This document shows positions 24,695-39,483 of a stretch of 64,000 nt of DNA, one piece after another. Numbering within the stretch: position 1 is the first letter of the stretch; every line of letters starts with the position of its first letter. The stretch is from Collinsella sp. (GTDB lineage Bacteria > Actinomycetota > Coriobacteriia > Coriobacteriales > Coriobacteriaceae): assembly GCA_019413955.1 (NCBI GenBank), contig DXMX01000001.1:33656-97655 (forward strand), written 5' to 3'. Made by a program: the position numbers and the translations under genes. The notes beneath the pieces were generated by a model that saw nothing but the letters and a program-made list of their open reading frames with translations, did no database searches and was not told the origin of the DNA.

Positions 24695-24813
24695 ATTATC
24701 ATTTCGTAAACATTTCGATGAAATTAACGCCATGAGGCATGCTTGCGGTTACAATACCGCGAGGCCTAACTACACACCTTTAAACCGGTCCTGTGAGACC
24801 GGGAAGGAGAACT

Positions 24814-26244
24814 ATGGCGAACAACCATACCGCGGGCGCTGCCGCCCGCACCTTCGCGCCCAGCGAGCTTTGCCAGCGTATGCTGGCCAAAACCAGCAAG
24901 GGCACCTGCGGTCCCTGCATCCTGTATCTTGAGGATGGGACCATTTTTTATGGACGTGCATGCGGCGCCGAGGGCACCGCGACCGGTGAAGTCTGCTTCA
25001 ACACCTCGCTCGAGGGCTACTTTGAGGTCATGACCGACCCGAGTTATGCCGGCCAAATCGTAACCATGACCTATCCGCAGATCGGCAACTACGGTATCGA
25101 CGAGACCGACGTCCAGTCGGCCTTCCCCGGCGACGCCGTGCGCCCCGCGAGCGCTCCGGCTATGCGCGGCATGATCGTTCGCGACATGTGCGCCACGCCT
25201 TCTAACTGGCGCTCGGCCGTCAGCGTGCCGGAGTACCTGCGCGCTCACGGCATCGTCGCTATCGAGGGTATCGACACCCGCGCTCTAGTGCGCCATCTGC
25301 GCGACAATGGTTCCAAGATGGGCATTATCTCGACCGAGGTCTTCGACGTCGACGAGCTTGTCGAGCGTCTGGCCGCTGCGCCCACGCTGGTAGGCGAGAA
25401 CCTGGTCAAGACCGTAAGTTGCCCCGTACCTCACGAGTTTGTGGCCGCCGACCTGCCTGCCACGCATGACTTTGCGCTTGCGGCTGCCGCTCCTGCCCGT
25501 CACAAAGTGGTCGCCTACGACTGCGGTGTGAAGCGCGGCATTCTGGAGGGGCTGGTTCGCGCCGGCTGCGACCTTACCGTCGTGCCGTGGGATACGCCCG
25601 CGAGTGAGGTGCTCGACATGAATCCCGACGGTGTCTTTTTGTCCAATGGCCCCGGCGACCCCGACGCCGTGGTGGAGACCTACGAGCAGGTGCAGCAGCT
25701 GATCGGCAAGGTACCGGTCTTTGGCATTTGCCTTGGTCACCAGATGATCAGCCTGGCCTGCGGTGCCCAGATGGAAAAGCTTAAGTTCGGTCACCGCGGT
25801 GGCAACCAGCCGGTCATGAACCTGGTAAGCCGTCGCGTGGAGATCACCGCGCAAAACCATGGCTTTGGCCTGCTGTTTCCCAGCTTGGGCAAGCTTGTCC
25901 CCGAGCTTTCCGGCGGCGAGACCGAGCATGCGGCCGATGGAGATCTGCGCGTCTGGGTGCGCCGCGGAATCGCGCCGGTCGTGATGAACGAGCGCTTTGG
26001 CCGCATTCGCCTGACACATGTGAACCTCAACGACGGCACCGCCGAGGGCATCCAGCTGCTCGACGCCCCGTGCTTCTCGGTCCAGTACCACCCCGAGGCC
26101 TCGCCTGGCCCCACCGATGCCCACTATCTCTTTACCGCCTTTACGCGACTCATGGACGGCGAGGAGAACTACCTGGACATCGACACCGCGAAGGACCGCC
26201 TTGCCGGCTGGAATTTCGCCGAGACTGAGACCGAGGAGAACTAA
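24814..26244 (+). CDS. carA: Carbamoyl-phosphate synthase small subunit
   Basis: [36 protein letters not shown] after AAGGAG. Confidence 0.97.
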   Translation: MANNHTAGAAARTFAPSELCQRMLAKTSKGTCGPCILYLEDGTIFYGRACGAEGTATGEVCFNTSLEGYFEVMTDPSYAGQIVTMTYPQIGNYGIDETDVQSAFPGDAVRPASAPAMRGMIVRDMCATPSNWRSAVSVPEYLRAHGIVAIEGIDTRALVRHLRDNGSKMGIISTEVFDVDELVERLAAAPTLVGENLVKTVSCPVPHEFVAADLPATHDFALAAAAPARHKVVAYDCGVKRGILEGLVRAGCDLTVVPWDTPASEVLDMNPDGVFLSNGPGDPDAVVETYEQVQQLIGKVPVFGICLGHQMISLACGAQMEKLKFGHRGGNQPVMNLVSRRVEITAQNHGFGLLFPSLGKLVPELSGGETEHAADGDLRVWVRRGIAPVVMNERFGRIRLTHVNLNDGTAEGIQLLDAPCFSVQYHPEASPGPTDAHYLFTAFTRLMDGEENYLDIDTAKDRLAGWNFAETETEEN

Positions 26245-26245
26245 C

Positions 26246-29544
<3,299 letters not shown>

Positions 29545-29560
<16 letters not shown>

Positions 29561-29691
29561 TTGACCTGGCCGGCCGGGGCGGGAGGGGCCGAGATTTCCC
29601 CCTTTCGCTCCGGCTGCAAGCTGAGTCGCTCAGGAGGAAACTCGGCCCCTCCCGCCCCGGCCTGCGGTGACTTGGCTGCACCGTGTGCTGC
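29545..29691. repeat. Long palindrome overlapping the carB 3' end
   Basis: Perfect 22-bp arms 29572-29593/29641-29662; outer 15/16-bp arms GCAGCACACGGTGTAG / CTGCACCGTGTGCTGC. Confidence 0.85.
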
Positions 29692-29720
29692 CGAAGGGGC
29701 TTTGAGCGATGACTAGGGCT

Positions 29721-30386
29721 GATAAACTGGTAGCCGCTGAGCGCCACGGGGTCCTCGCGCTGGGAGTAGGTGTGGATGAGGGCAGACGAGACAGCGTAGG
29801 AGACAGCGGCAATAAGGATGAAGCCCTCGCCTGTGAGCGTGACGGCGCCGCCGCTATCGCCACCGGTGAGGTTGACGATAACGACTCCGGCAAAACCTAT
29901 AGCGCAGCCGAGGACTTTGCGCGCAGTGAGCCGTTCTTGCCGGAACACGAGCGCTGCCATCAACACGCAGAGAAACGTGTTCATAGCGTTGACGATTGAG
30001 CCGCGCACACCCGAAGCGTTTGAAACGCCGATATAAAAGAAGGCGTACTGCACGATAGTTTGGGCAAGCGAGAGTCTGATAACGAGTGGCCATCCCGTGC
30101 GTGAGACGCGAGGCAAGCGACGTCTTGTTATGACTGCAGCGGCAAGTGCGATAGCGCCGGCAAGCATAAAGCGCACGCCAGCGAAGAGAAACTCCGATGG
30201 TACGTCGCCGTTTTGGATGCCGAGAAGCTCGTAGCCGATCTTGATGCAGGGGATCGCACTGCCCCAGAGCGCGCAGCAGATGAGGGCGAGCGCAGCTATG
30301 CACCATGTGCTCGTGAGAGGGTGGCGCGCGGAGTCGGCGTAAACATCGCAAGAGCTGGCGTCGAGTGCGGATGAGGGTTTGGACAT
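29721..30386 (-). pseudogene. DMT/EamA family transporter, 3'-truncated
   Basis: LWGSA, FAGVRF, ERLTARKVLG, GFAGV motifs; hydrophobic pattern stops after LSGYQFI and the frame runs into the palindrome. Confidence 0.75.
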
Positions 30387-30506
30387 ACATCTCCCAAACG
30401 AGGCGAAGCAGAAAACGCCTCTATGGTACGCGCAATTTTGTGTCCGCACGCGTTGATAGCATAGAACGCGTCATGGAACACAAGTTCGTAAGAAGAGGAG
30501 GACGCC

Positions 30507-31649
30507 ATGATGTCAGAGATTACGGGCTATCGTGAGGAAGTTCAGACCATCAAGACGGCGATATTGCGTGCGCAGTATGCTGCGGCGAAGAGCGCCAACG
30601 CTCAGCAGCTGCAGCTCTATTTCGCCGTGGGAGGCTACGTCTCCGCCAACACGCGCAATGGCACGTGGGGAACCAACGCGCTCAAAACCATCAGCGAACA
30701 ATTGCGGAAGGAGCTGCCAGGACTCAGGGGCTTCTCCACAACAAGTCTCAAATATATGCGAATCTTCTTTGAAGCTTGGTCTGCTCCGGGCGATGAACAG
30801 GCGTTTCTCGATTCGTCACTCGTGAGTGACGAATCTTCAGACGGTGGCCTTCTGCAAATTCGTCACTTGCAAGTGCCGAATTCAAACACATGTTCTCTCG
30901 ATGATTTTTTAGCGATTGGGTTTACCCATCATCGGTATATCCTTGCAGGTGCTAAGACCCTTGACGAGCGGCTCTTCTACATTCACAAGTGCGCATTTGA
31001 GCACTTAAGTGTGGAGGCGCTCAAACGCTCGCTGAAGGCGGACGACTTTCATCATCAAGGAGAGGTCTCCAACAACTTCCTCTCAACGCTGCCAAAGGGT
31101 CAGCAGGCGCTGCGCGCTATCGCCACGTTCAAGGACGAGTATCTGCTCGACTTTATCAATGTTGAGGAACTCGGGGTGCGCGATGCGGAGGATGTCGACG
31201 AGCGCGTGTTAGAGCAAGGCATCGTGCAGAATATCAAGCAGTTCATCATGACGTTCGGTCGAGCCTTCGCGTTTGTGGGAAACCAGTACCATCTCGACGC
31301 CTTTGGCATCGATCAGTACACCGACCTCCTGTTCTTCAACCGCGACCTCAACTGTTTAGTTGCAGTCGAGCTCAAGAGCGGCCCCTTCAAGCCGGCCTAT
31401 CTCGGCCAGCTCTCTGGCTATCTACGCATCCTGGACGACTTTGAGCGTCGCGAGCACGAGAATCCCTCCATAGGCCTTGTGCTTTGCAAAGACATGGACA
31501 AGGGATTTGTTGACTATGTGATCCAAGACTTCACAAAACCCATGGGTGTGGCCACCTATAAGACGTCGAAGGATATGCCACGAGAGTTGCTCGATGCTCT
31601 GCCGCCCATCGATGACTTACGGATGTTGCTGGAGAGGTCTGATGGGTAG
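30507..31649 (+). CDS. YhcG/DUF1016 family PD-(D/E)xK nuclease
   Basis: GFS...LKYMR.F, KDEYLLDF, FAFVGNQY, DLLFFNRDL.CLVAVELK, ENPSIGLVLC. Confidence 0.9.
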   Translation: MMSEITGYREEVQTIKTAILRAQYAAAKSANAQQLQLYFAVGGYVSANTRNGTWGTNALKTISEQLRKELPGLRGFSTTSLKYMRIFFEAWSAPGDEQAFLDSSLVSDESSDGGLLQIRHLQVPNSNTCSLDDFLAIGFTHHRYILAGAKTLDERLFYIHKCAFEHLSVEALKRSLKADDFHHQGEVSNNFLSTLPKGQQALRAIATFKDEYLLDFINVEELGVRDAEDVDERVLEQGIVQNIKQFIMTFGRAFAFVGNQYHLDAFGIDQYTDLLFFNRDLNCLVAVELKSGPFKPAYLGQLSGYLRILDDFERREHENPSIGLVLCKDMDKGFVDYVIQDFTKPMGVATYKTSKDMPRELLDALPPIDDLRMLLERSDG

Positions 31650-31732
31650 CGGTAGGAATTGTTCGGTGTTAGAAGCTTATTTCGCTTATGGCCTTGAGCT
31701 TTGCCGATGAGCATGGGGTGGGGAACGTATCA

Positions 31733-31773
31733 AGGCAGAGTTTGTCATGCAATGAGTATGACAAACTCTGCCT
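31733..31773. promoter_or_regulatory. 16-bp perfect inverted repeat ahead of decayed TA pair (operator or hairpin)
   Basis: AGGCAGAGTTTGTCAT-N9-ATGACAAACTCTGCCT. Confidence 0.55.
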
Positions 31774-31791
31774 GGAGGAGAGGATACTTCC

Positions 31792-31860
31792 ATGGCAATT
31801 GTCCACCGTAATGCTCTCAAGCATGGTTTGTCTGAGAGGGAGGTTCTAGATAATGACTGA
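31792..31860 (+). pseudogene. N-terminal remnant of a small putative toxin gene
   Basis: RBS plus MAIVHRNALKHGLSEREVLDND*; H..ALKHG pattern recalls small actinobacterial TA toxins; overlaps start of next gene. Confidence 0.45.
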
Positions 31861-32101
31861 GTACAAACTAGCTGATGGATCGGTCCTGACAGACGAAGAT
31901 ATCGAGCGCGAGAGCGTAGAGTTTGAGCAAGAGACTTGGACGGGTCGTCTTGAGCGCATCCATGTCAGGCCTGGCGTTGTTGCTGATGAGCCGCTTGTTG
32001 CAGTTACCGTGCGCTTTCCGGCATCCATGGTGGTGGCAATCGACCGAAAGACGGGGGATCGATCCGATTTTATTCGGCGGGCCGTTTTCCCTGCGCTGTA
32101 G
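31853..32101 (+). CDS. Ribbon-helix-helix (CopG-like) putative antitoxin
   Basis: 82 aa; C-terminal VTVRFPASMVVAIDRK..DRSDFIRRAV RHH pattern. Confidence 0.65.
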   Translation: MTEYKLADGSVLTDEDIERESVEFEQETWTGRLERIHVRPGVVADEPLVAVTVRFPASMVVAIDRKTGDRSDFIRRAVFPAL

Positions 32102-32357
32102 TAACGTTGCGTCTCCTAAATCGACCTTGGTTTCGTCGAGGAGGTAGATCTTGAGGATGAGGTGTCCTGCTTCGGTGAACCCGTTCTCGAAGACGGGCAG
32201 CACGCGCGACACGGACTACCGCGACCTCCTGACCTTCCGCGACGGGGAGTAGCGGCTTGGCGGTGTGCGGCGCCGGCACGTGACGGTGGCGGGCATGAGG
32301 CTTGGCCTTCGCGACGGTATGTTCTTTAGAGTTTGCGGTGCATGATGGCACGGCCGT

Positions 32358-32393
32358 TTTCAAATTGTGAAACATTGCCCGGGAATGAGTAAC
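32358..32393 (+). promoter_or_regulatory. Putative RpiR-regulator operator 1
   Basis: TTTCA-N5-TGAAAC-N15-GTAAC; same layout at 34783-34819. Confidence 0.55.
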
Positions 32394-32463
32394 AGGCTTT
32401 GGTTCGTACATCCGTTATAACGGGAGTTGCAAGAAGTGACATCCGTGACGAGAGGTTGAACTC

Positions 32464-33852
32464 ATGACTCAGCACCGGTTTCCCGAAGGTTTCCTCTGGG
32501 GTGCTTCCACCAGCGCTTTTCAGGTTGAGGGTGGGTATGATGAAGGAGGCAAAGGTCCGGCAACCACCGATCGCGGCCCGGGGCGTCCCGGCATCGCCGA
32601 TAACAAGATCGCCTCGGACCACTATCATCACTGGCGTGAGGATGTCGACCTCATGGCCGAGCTCGGCATCAAGGTCTACCGGATGGGTTTCGCTTGGAGC
32701 CGCATCATGCCCGATGCCTCGGGGGATCCCAATCCTGAGGGCTTGGCGTTTTATGACCAGCTGATTGACTACCTGCTGGAGCGAGGGATCGAGCCCTTGG
32801 TCACCCTGTATCACTTCGAATGTCCGAGTGCGTTGGTCGAGGCCTTCGGCGGCTGGAAGAGCCGTAAGATGATCGACTTCTATGTGCGCTATGCCGAAAT
32901 CTGCTTCACGCACTTCAAGGGGCGTGTCAAGCGCTGGGTTACCGTGAATGAACAGCTAATTGCGACCTCCGCGCCCAGCAACACGGGTGACACCGAAACC
33001 GATCCGCGCCAACGGCAGAAGAACGCCTACCAGATGAGCTATCATGTCGCTCTTGCCGAGCATCGCGCCATCGCGTGCCTGCGACAGATCGACCCCGATG
33101 CGCAGATCGGCCCCGTTGTCGCCATGCAGGTGGTCAACCCGCGGACGAGCGCTTCGGCGGATGTGCTTGCGGCCATGAACGCCGAGGAGATGATGCAGAA
33201 CTACCTGCTCGACCTGAGTGTGCGCGGCGACATCTCGCCTTATGCGCGCTATTACCTGGAGCGCGAAGGTTTCTACCCTGTTGTTGAGTGCGGGGACCAC
33301 GACATCCTGGTCGCGACGAGACCCGATTTTCTTGGGGTGAACTACTATTTCAGCAATTGTGCGCATGAGCGCACGGAGCCCATCCGCTTCGACCGGTTCC
33401 CTCCGTGGTCGGGCGGGGATTTCGAACTCTGCGATAACCCTGCGATCGCGCCGACCGAGTGGATGTCGAACGGCATCGACCCCCTTGGGCTTCGCGTGGG
33501 CATGCGCAAGCTCTACGATCGCTACCAGCTTCCGATGATCGTCACGGAGAACGGCATGGCGCTTTCCGAGTCACTTGACGAGGAGAACAGGGTGCATGAT
33601 GCCGTGCGCATCGAATACCTTTCACGACATTTGGGCGAGGTCGAGGAGCTCATTCGCGAAGGCTATCCCGTCTTCGGCTACTGCGTTTGGAGCCTCATGG
33701 ATCTATGCTCAAGTCATCAGGGGTTCACTAAGCGCTACGGCCTTCTGTATGTCGATCGCACGGAAACCGATGCGAAGCAATGCGCTCGTTTCAGGAAGGA
33801 CAGCTTCTTCTGGTATCAGGACGTGATTAGAGAAAACGGCTTGCCCTGCTGA
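32464..33852 (+). CDS. GH1 6-phospho-beta-glucosidase
   Basis: FLWGASTSAFQVEG, TVNEQ acid/base, IVTENG nucleophile, KRYG. Confidence 0.93.
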   Translation: MTQHRFPEGFLWGASTSAFQVEGGYDEGGKGPATTDRGPGRPGIADNKIASDHYHHWREDVDLMAELGIKVYRMGFAWSRIMPDASGDPNPEGLAFYDQLIDYLLERGIEPLVTLYHFECPSALVEAFGGWKSRKMIDFYVRYAEICFTHFKGRVKRWVTVNEQLIATSAPSNTGDTETDPRQRQKNAYQMSYHVALAEHRAIACLRQIDPDAQIGPVVAMQVVNPRTSASADVLAAMNAEEMMQNYLLDLSVRGDISPYARYYLEREGFYPVVECGDHDILVATRPDFLGVNYYFSNCAHERTEPIRFDRFPPWSGGDFELCDNPAIAPTEWMSNGIDPLGLRVGMRKLYDRYQLPMIVTENGMALSESLDEENRVHDAVRIEYLSRHLGEVEELIREGYPVFGYCVWSLMDLCSSHQGFTKRYGLLYVDRTETDAKQCARFRKDSFFWYQDVIRENGLPC

Positions 33853-33872
33853 GCGTCGGTGGTCCGACGAGA

Positions 33873-34694
33873 TTACTCGCCAGTACCGGAATCGGCTCCA
33901 TAACGCCTCAGGTATTCCATGACTATCAAGTCGATGGCGGCAAGCGCACCGAACTTGCCCGTGTCGATGTTGTTGGTCACTCCGCAGCTCAGTATGCAGG
34001 AGGCATGGTTCCAGTAGGCGCTTGAGGTGTTTTGTGTGATGGCGAGAAGACGACAGCCGGAGGCGGCGAGTGCGTTGACGATTTCTGGATAACGAATGGG
34101 GTATGTTCCCCCTATGCTGCAAATGATGGCGAGGCTGGATTTGGTGAGCGATTGCGCGCAGGCGAGCTGCGATGAATAATCGAGGTAAAGCTCGATGGGG
34201 CGGTTCATGATGGTGAGCCTGCTTTGGAAGTAGCGGCCCACGTCCCAGAGGAAGTGGTGGGAGAAGAACGCGACATGCCCGCTGTCGTGCAAATCATCGA
34301 CAATGGCGGGCAGTTTCGCGATGTTTGCCGCCGAGATGGTCGTTTCGATATTGAGCAGGATCGCCTCCCGGTAGGATGCCAGAGCGCCTTCCGTGTCGTT
34401 TGACAGCTGTTCTACAAAGGCATGTGGAAACAACCCGGTTTTGAGGACGTCATGTTCAAGCTGGTTGCGCAGGTCCTTGAAATCAGCGAAACCCATAAAC
34501 CGGCAGAATCGCGACACTGAAGCCTTCGAGACGAAGCACATGTCGGCGATTTCTCCAATCGAGAGCTCGCTCAGCTTGCTGTAGTTTTTCACCAGCGTGG
34601 TCGCTATCTCGTAGTTGGTGTCGTGCTGCATTGCGGTGTCGATGTAGTCAAGCAACCGTTCGGCAACCGATCCCATCGAGATGGATTTTTCCAT
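33873..34694 (-). CDS. MurR/RpiR family transcriptional regulator
   Basis: HTH SIGEIADMCFVSKASVSRFCRFMGF followed by SIS-like domain. Confidence 0.9.
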   Translation of the reverse strand: MEKSISMGSVAERLLDYIDTAMQHDTNYEIATTLVKNYSKLSELSIGEIADMCFVSKASVSRFCRFMGFADFKDLRNQLEHDVLKTGLFPHAFVEQLSNDTEGALASYREAILLNIETTISAANIAKLPAIVDDLHDSGHVAFFSHHFLWDVGRYFQSRLTIMNRPIELYLDYSSQLACAQSLTKSSLAIICSIGGTYPIRYPEIVNALAASGCRLLAITQNTSSAYWNHASCILSCGVTNNIDTGKFGALAAIDLIVMEYLRRYGADSGTGE

Positions 34695-34782
34695 GATGGC
34701 TGTCCCCTTTATGCTCAGTGGCCCGAATAAGAGGGCCTCATTTGACCAAACTATAGCTCAAACATGCCGGTATTCCTGCGGA

Positions 34783-34819
34783 GTTTCACGTTATGAAACT
34801 CGCGTAGCCATCTCGCAAC
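34783..34819 (+). promoter_or_regulatory. Putative RpiR-regulator operator 2
   Basis: GTTTCA-N5-TGAAAC-N15-GCAAC in divergent promoter region. Confidence 0.55.
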
Positions 34820-34982
34820 CTTGTGGCACAGCATGTAACCGATTTTGGATATAGCCGGCGTCATACTTAATGCAAGAAGAGACGACGAAGCTTGCCGCCC
34901 CGCCGGAACACGGCATCGGCTCTACACAGGGCATCGCTTCGTTGCTTTGCCGCTCGACGAGATATCGGTTGAGGAGGATCGG

Positions 34983-35750
34983 ATGAAGCGGTTATTGCTG
35001 CGCGCCGACGATTTAGGTTACAGCGACGGTGTTAATTGCGGGATAGCGGCCGCGGTCCAAGCGGGGCTCATTCGCTCGGTGGGCGTCATGACCAACATGC
35101 CGTTTGCAGAAAGCGGTTTGGCGCGCCTGCAAATCAAGGATCTCTGCTTGGGTCAGCACACCAATATCTGCACGGGTAGGCCCCTCAGCGATTCCTCGCT
35201 CATCTCGAGCATCGTTGACGATGATGGCAATTTCAAGCGGAGCTCAGCATATCGCGCCGCCGCGCGGGCTGGGGAGGACTTCGTGGTGCTTGACGAGGTC
35301 ATTATCGAAATCGAGGCGCAGTATCGGCGATTCCTTGAGCTCGTCGGGCGTGAGCCCGATTACTTCGAGGGACATGCGGTCGCAAGCCCCATGTTCTTCC
35401 GCGGCCTTGAGATCGTTGCCGAGCGTCACGGCCTGCCCTATTTCGCGATGGGTGCTCCGGGCGAGCCAGTCACCTTTCGCTCGACGCCGGTGCTTTCCTA
35501 TGTTCCCAAGGATTTCTCGTCATATGAAGCGGATCCCTTTGCGGCGCTTCGAGAGGCGCTTGAAACGACACCGGAAGGGATATGCCGTCTCATGGTGTTT
35601 CACCCAGGTTATATCGACGCGTACTTGCGAGATAACTCGACCATGCTCGAGGCCCGCATCCGGGAAGCCGCGATGCTTGTCGACCCTGATGTCGCCGCAT
35701 GGCTTGCAGAGCAGGACGTGGGGCTCGTGACGTACGCGGACCTGACGTAA
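34983..35750 (+). CDS. ChbG/YdjC family carbohydrate deacetylase
   Basis: LLRADDLG, G.H.N, EIEAQ, EGH, HPG motifs; ATG after GAGGAGG. Confidence 0.9.
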   Translation: MKRLLLRADDLGYSDGVNCGIAAAVQAGLIRSVGVMTNMPFAESGLARLQIKDLCLGQHTNICTGRPLSDSSLISSIVDDDGNFKRSSAYRAAARAGEDFVVLDEVIIEIEAQYRRFLELVGREPDYFEGHAVASPMFFRGLEIVAERHGLPYFAMGAPGEPVTFRSTPVLSYVPKDFSSYEADPFAALREALETTPEGICRLMVFHPGYIDAYLRDNSTMLEARIREAAMLVDPDVAAWLAEQDVGLVTYADLT

Positions 35751-35904
35751 GCGTCCGCTGGGGCAATCTCGCCAATTCACGCTGAATGGCGTACTGCCTG
35801 AAGCACGTCGTTGTGATTTTGAAGAGAGGTGGATGCGCTATCTGGAGGGGAAGATGCCGCACACGGGCATCGATAGAGTTCACTGCAAAGATTGGAGCTG
35901 AAAC

Positions 35905-37197
35905 ATGGCGGTATTCGACAAGATCCAAAACATAATGGATAAGACAATCGCACCTGTGGCAAGCAAGGTTGCTGACAGCAAGATGCTCGACGCCCTCATG
36001 GGCGGCATGATGTGCACGCTGCCCATGACCCTTGGCGTCTCGGTTATCGCGATTCTCATCAACTTCCCCATTCCGGGGTTCTCCGATTGGGTGGTTTCGA
36101 GCGGTCTCATGGCGACCGGCAACTCCATCCTCACCGTTACCATGAACATGATGGGTATATACATCTCCTTCTTCATCGGTTTGAGGTGGGGTAAGGTATG
36201 CGGCCTTAGCGGTTATACCGGTGGCATCGTGAGCGGCGCGGTGTTTTTGGCATTCATGCCGCAGCAATCGTTCGAGGATATTCCCATGGCGAGTTTCATC
36301 AACACGTCGTACATGGGATCGAACGGCATCTTCGTCGCCATTCTGCTTGGCCTGATCGTGCCGAAGGTGACAGCCATTTTGATGAGCAAGCTTGAAATCA
36401 AGCTCCCCGATATGGTTCCGCCCATGGTTGCAGACTCGCTGTCGCCGATGTTTGCCGCCATCGTGCTATTCACTGCGGTGTGGTTCGCCAAGTGGGGTCT
36501 TTCTTTCACCCCGTGGGGCAACCTGTTCGATATGATCAACACCTTGATCGGCACGCCGGTCACGATGGTCGGTGCCTCTCCTTTGGCCTATATCATCGTG
36601 TGCTCGCTGCAGTCGATCTTCTGGTTCTTCGGTGTCCACCCCAACGTGATGCTCAACTTCTACGCTCCGGTAATCATGGCTTGCAGCGCTGCTAACACCG
36701 AGGCCATCATCGCGGGCGAGGCACTGCCCTATGGCGCTTGGGCCGTCGTCGCGCTCGGCACCGCCATCGGTGGCCAGGCTAACGCCCTGGGCATCAGCAT
36801 CTCGCTGCTCTTCACCAAGTCCGAGCGCTTCAAGGCGATTCGCGGCATCGCGCTTGTTCCGTCGCTTTTCAATATCTCCGAGCCGCTCATGTTCGGTCTG
36901 CCGGTCGTGCTGAATCCCACGTACTTCATCCCGTTCGTGCTGAACATCCCGGTCTGCGCCATCGTGGTCCAGGCGCTTTACGCCCTCGGTCTTGGGGCTG
37001 CGTTCAATCCCACGATTCAGCTTCCCTGGGTGCTTCCCCAGCCGGTCATCGCATTCATGCAGGGCGGCATCGGGTGCCTGGTGATCTCGGTTGCGGTTTT
37101 GGCGGTGTCGGTGCTCATGTATACCCCCTTCACCCTTATGGCTGATCGCCAGGCGTTGCGAGAGGAGCAGGCCGCTCTCGAGGAATCGGCCGCATAG
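35905..37197 (+). CDS. PTS lactose/cellobiose-family EIIC
   Basis: KLPDMVPP, WFFGVH, FNISEPLMFGLPVVLNP, PWVLP. Confidence 0.93.
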   Translation: MAVFDKIQNIMDKTIAPVASKVADSKMLDALMGGMMCTLPMTLGVSVIAILINFPIPGFSDWVVSSGLMATGNSILTVTMNMMGIYISFFIGLRWGKVCGLSGYTGGIVSGAVFLAFMPQQSFEDIPMASFINTSYMGSNGIFVAILLGLIVPKVTAILMSKLEIKLPDMVPPMVADSLSPMFAAIVLFTAVWFAKWGLSFTPWGNLFDMINTLIGTPVTMVGASPLAYIIVCSLQSIFWFFGVHPNVMLNFYAPVIMACSAANTEAIIAGEALPYGAWAVVALGTAIGGQANALGISISLLFTKSERFKAIRGIALVPSLFNISEPLMFGLPVVLNPTYFIPFVLNIPVCAIVVQALYALGLGAAFNPTIQLPWVLPQPVIAFMQGGIGCLVISVAVLAVSVLMYTPFTLMADRQALREEQAALEESAA

Positions 37198-37245
37198 GGA
37201 TTTTCATATTCACACCATCATTTTCCATGAGGTTGGGAGCGTAGG

Positions 37246-37542
37246 ATGAAACATATCGTACTTATGTGCGCCGCGGGCGCTTCGACGAGCATGCTGGTAC
37301 AGCGCATGCAACAGGCGGCTGAAAAAGACGGTTTCGTGTGCACCATCGAGGCGCACCCTGTCAACCAAGCGGCGGAATATGCGGATAGCGACGTTATCCT
37401 GCTGGGACCGCAGGTTCGCTTTGAACTCAACAAGGTGAAGAATCAAGTGAACTGTCCGGTGGAGCCGATTGATATGACAGCGTATGGGACAATGAACGGC
37501 GAGGCCGTGCTCAAACAGGCTCGAAAGTTGCTGGGGGCATAG
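37246..37542 (+). CDS. PTS lactose/cellobiose-family EIIB
   Basis: CAAGASTS phosphorylation loop, LLGPQV, YG.MNG. Confidence 0.95.
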   Translation: MKHIVLMCAAGASTSMLVQRMQQAAEKDGFVCTIEAHPVNQAAEYADSDVILLGPQVRFELNKVKNQVNCPVEPIDMTAYGTMNGEAVLKQARKLLGA

Positions 37543-37544
37543 CC

Positions 37545-37886
37545 ATGTCAGAGATCAAACAAGAAGCGATCGATCAGTTTGAAATGACGTGCTTCTCTAT
37601 CGTCGCTCAGGTGGGGAGCGCGCGCAGCTGCTACCTCGAAGCGATAACCTGTGCCGAGAATGGTGATTTTGAGGCCGCCCGGAAACTTATCGACGAGGGC
37701 AACGTGGTGTTCAACGCAGGCCACGACGCTCACATGAAACTGCTTCAGCAAGAGGCCAGCGGCGAGGAGCTGCCGTTTCGCATCATCTTGCTGCATGCGG
37801 AGGATCAGCTCATGAGCGCTGAGGGCTTCCGTATCCTTGCCGAGCGCTTCATCACGGTCTATCAACGCATGGGTGCAAGCGCCTAA
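37545..37886 (+). CDS. PTS lactose/cellobiose-family EIIA
   Basis: GSARS, H..H..LLQQEA, LLHAEDQLM. Confidence 0.95.
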   Translation: MSEIKQEAIDQFEMTCFSIVAQVGSARSCYLEAITCAENGDFEAARKLIDEGNVVFNAGHDAHMKLLQQEASGEELPFRIILLHAEDQLMSAEGFRILAERFITVYQRMGASA

Positions 37887-37890
37887 CTGA

Positions 37891-39459
<1,569 letters not shown>

Positions 39460-39483
39460 CCCTATGGGACAGGGGATAAGATT

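Noticed and set aside
32100..32330. Possible transposase or integrase remnant after the RHH gene
   Set aside because: Short frames with only vague resemblance to such enzymes; cannot be supported without a translated search.
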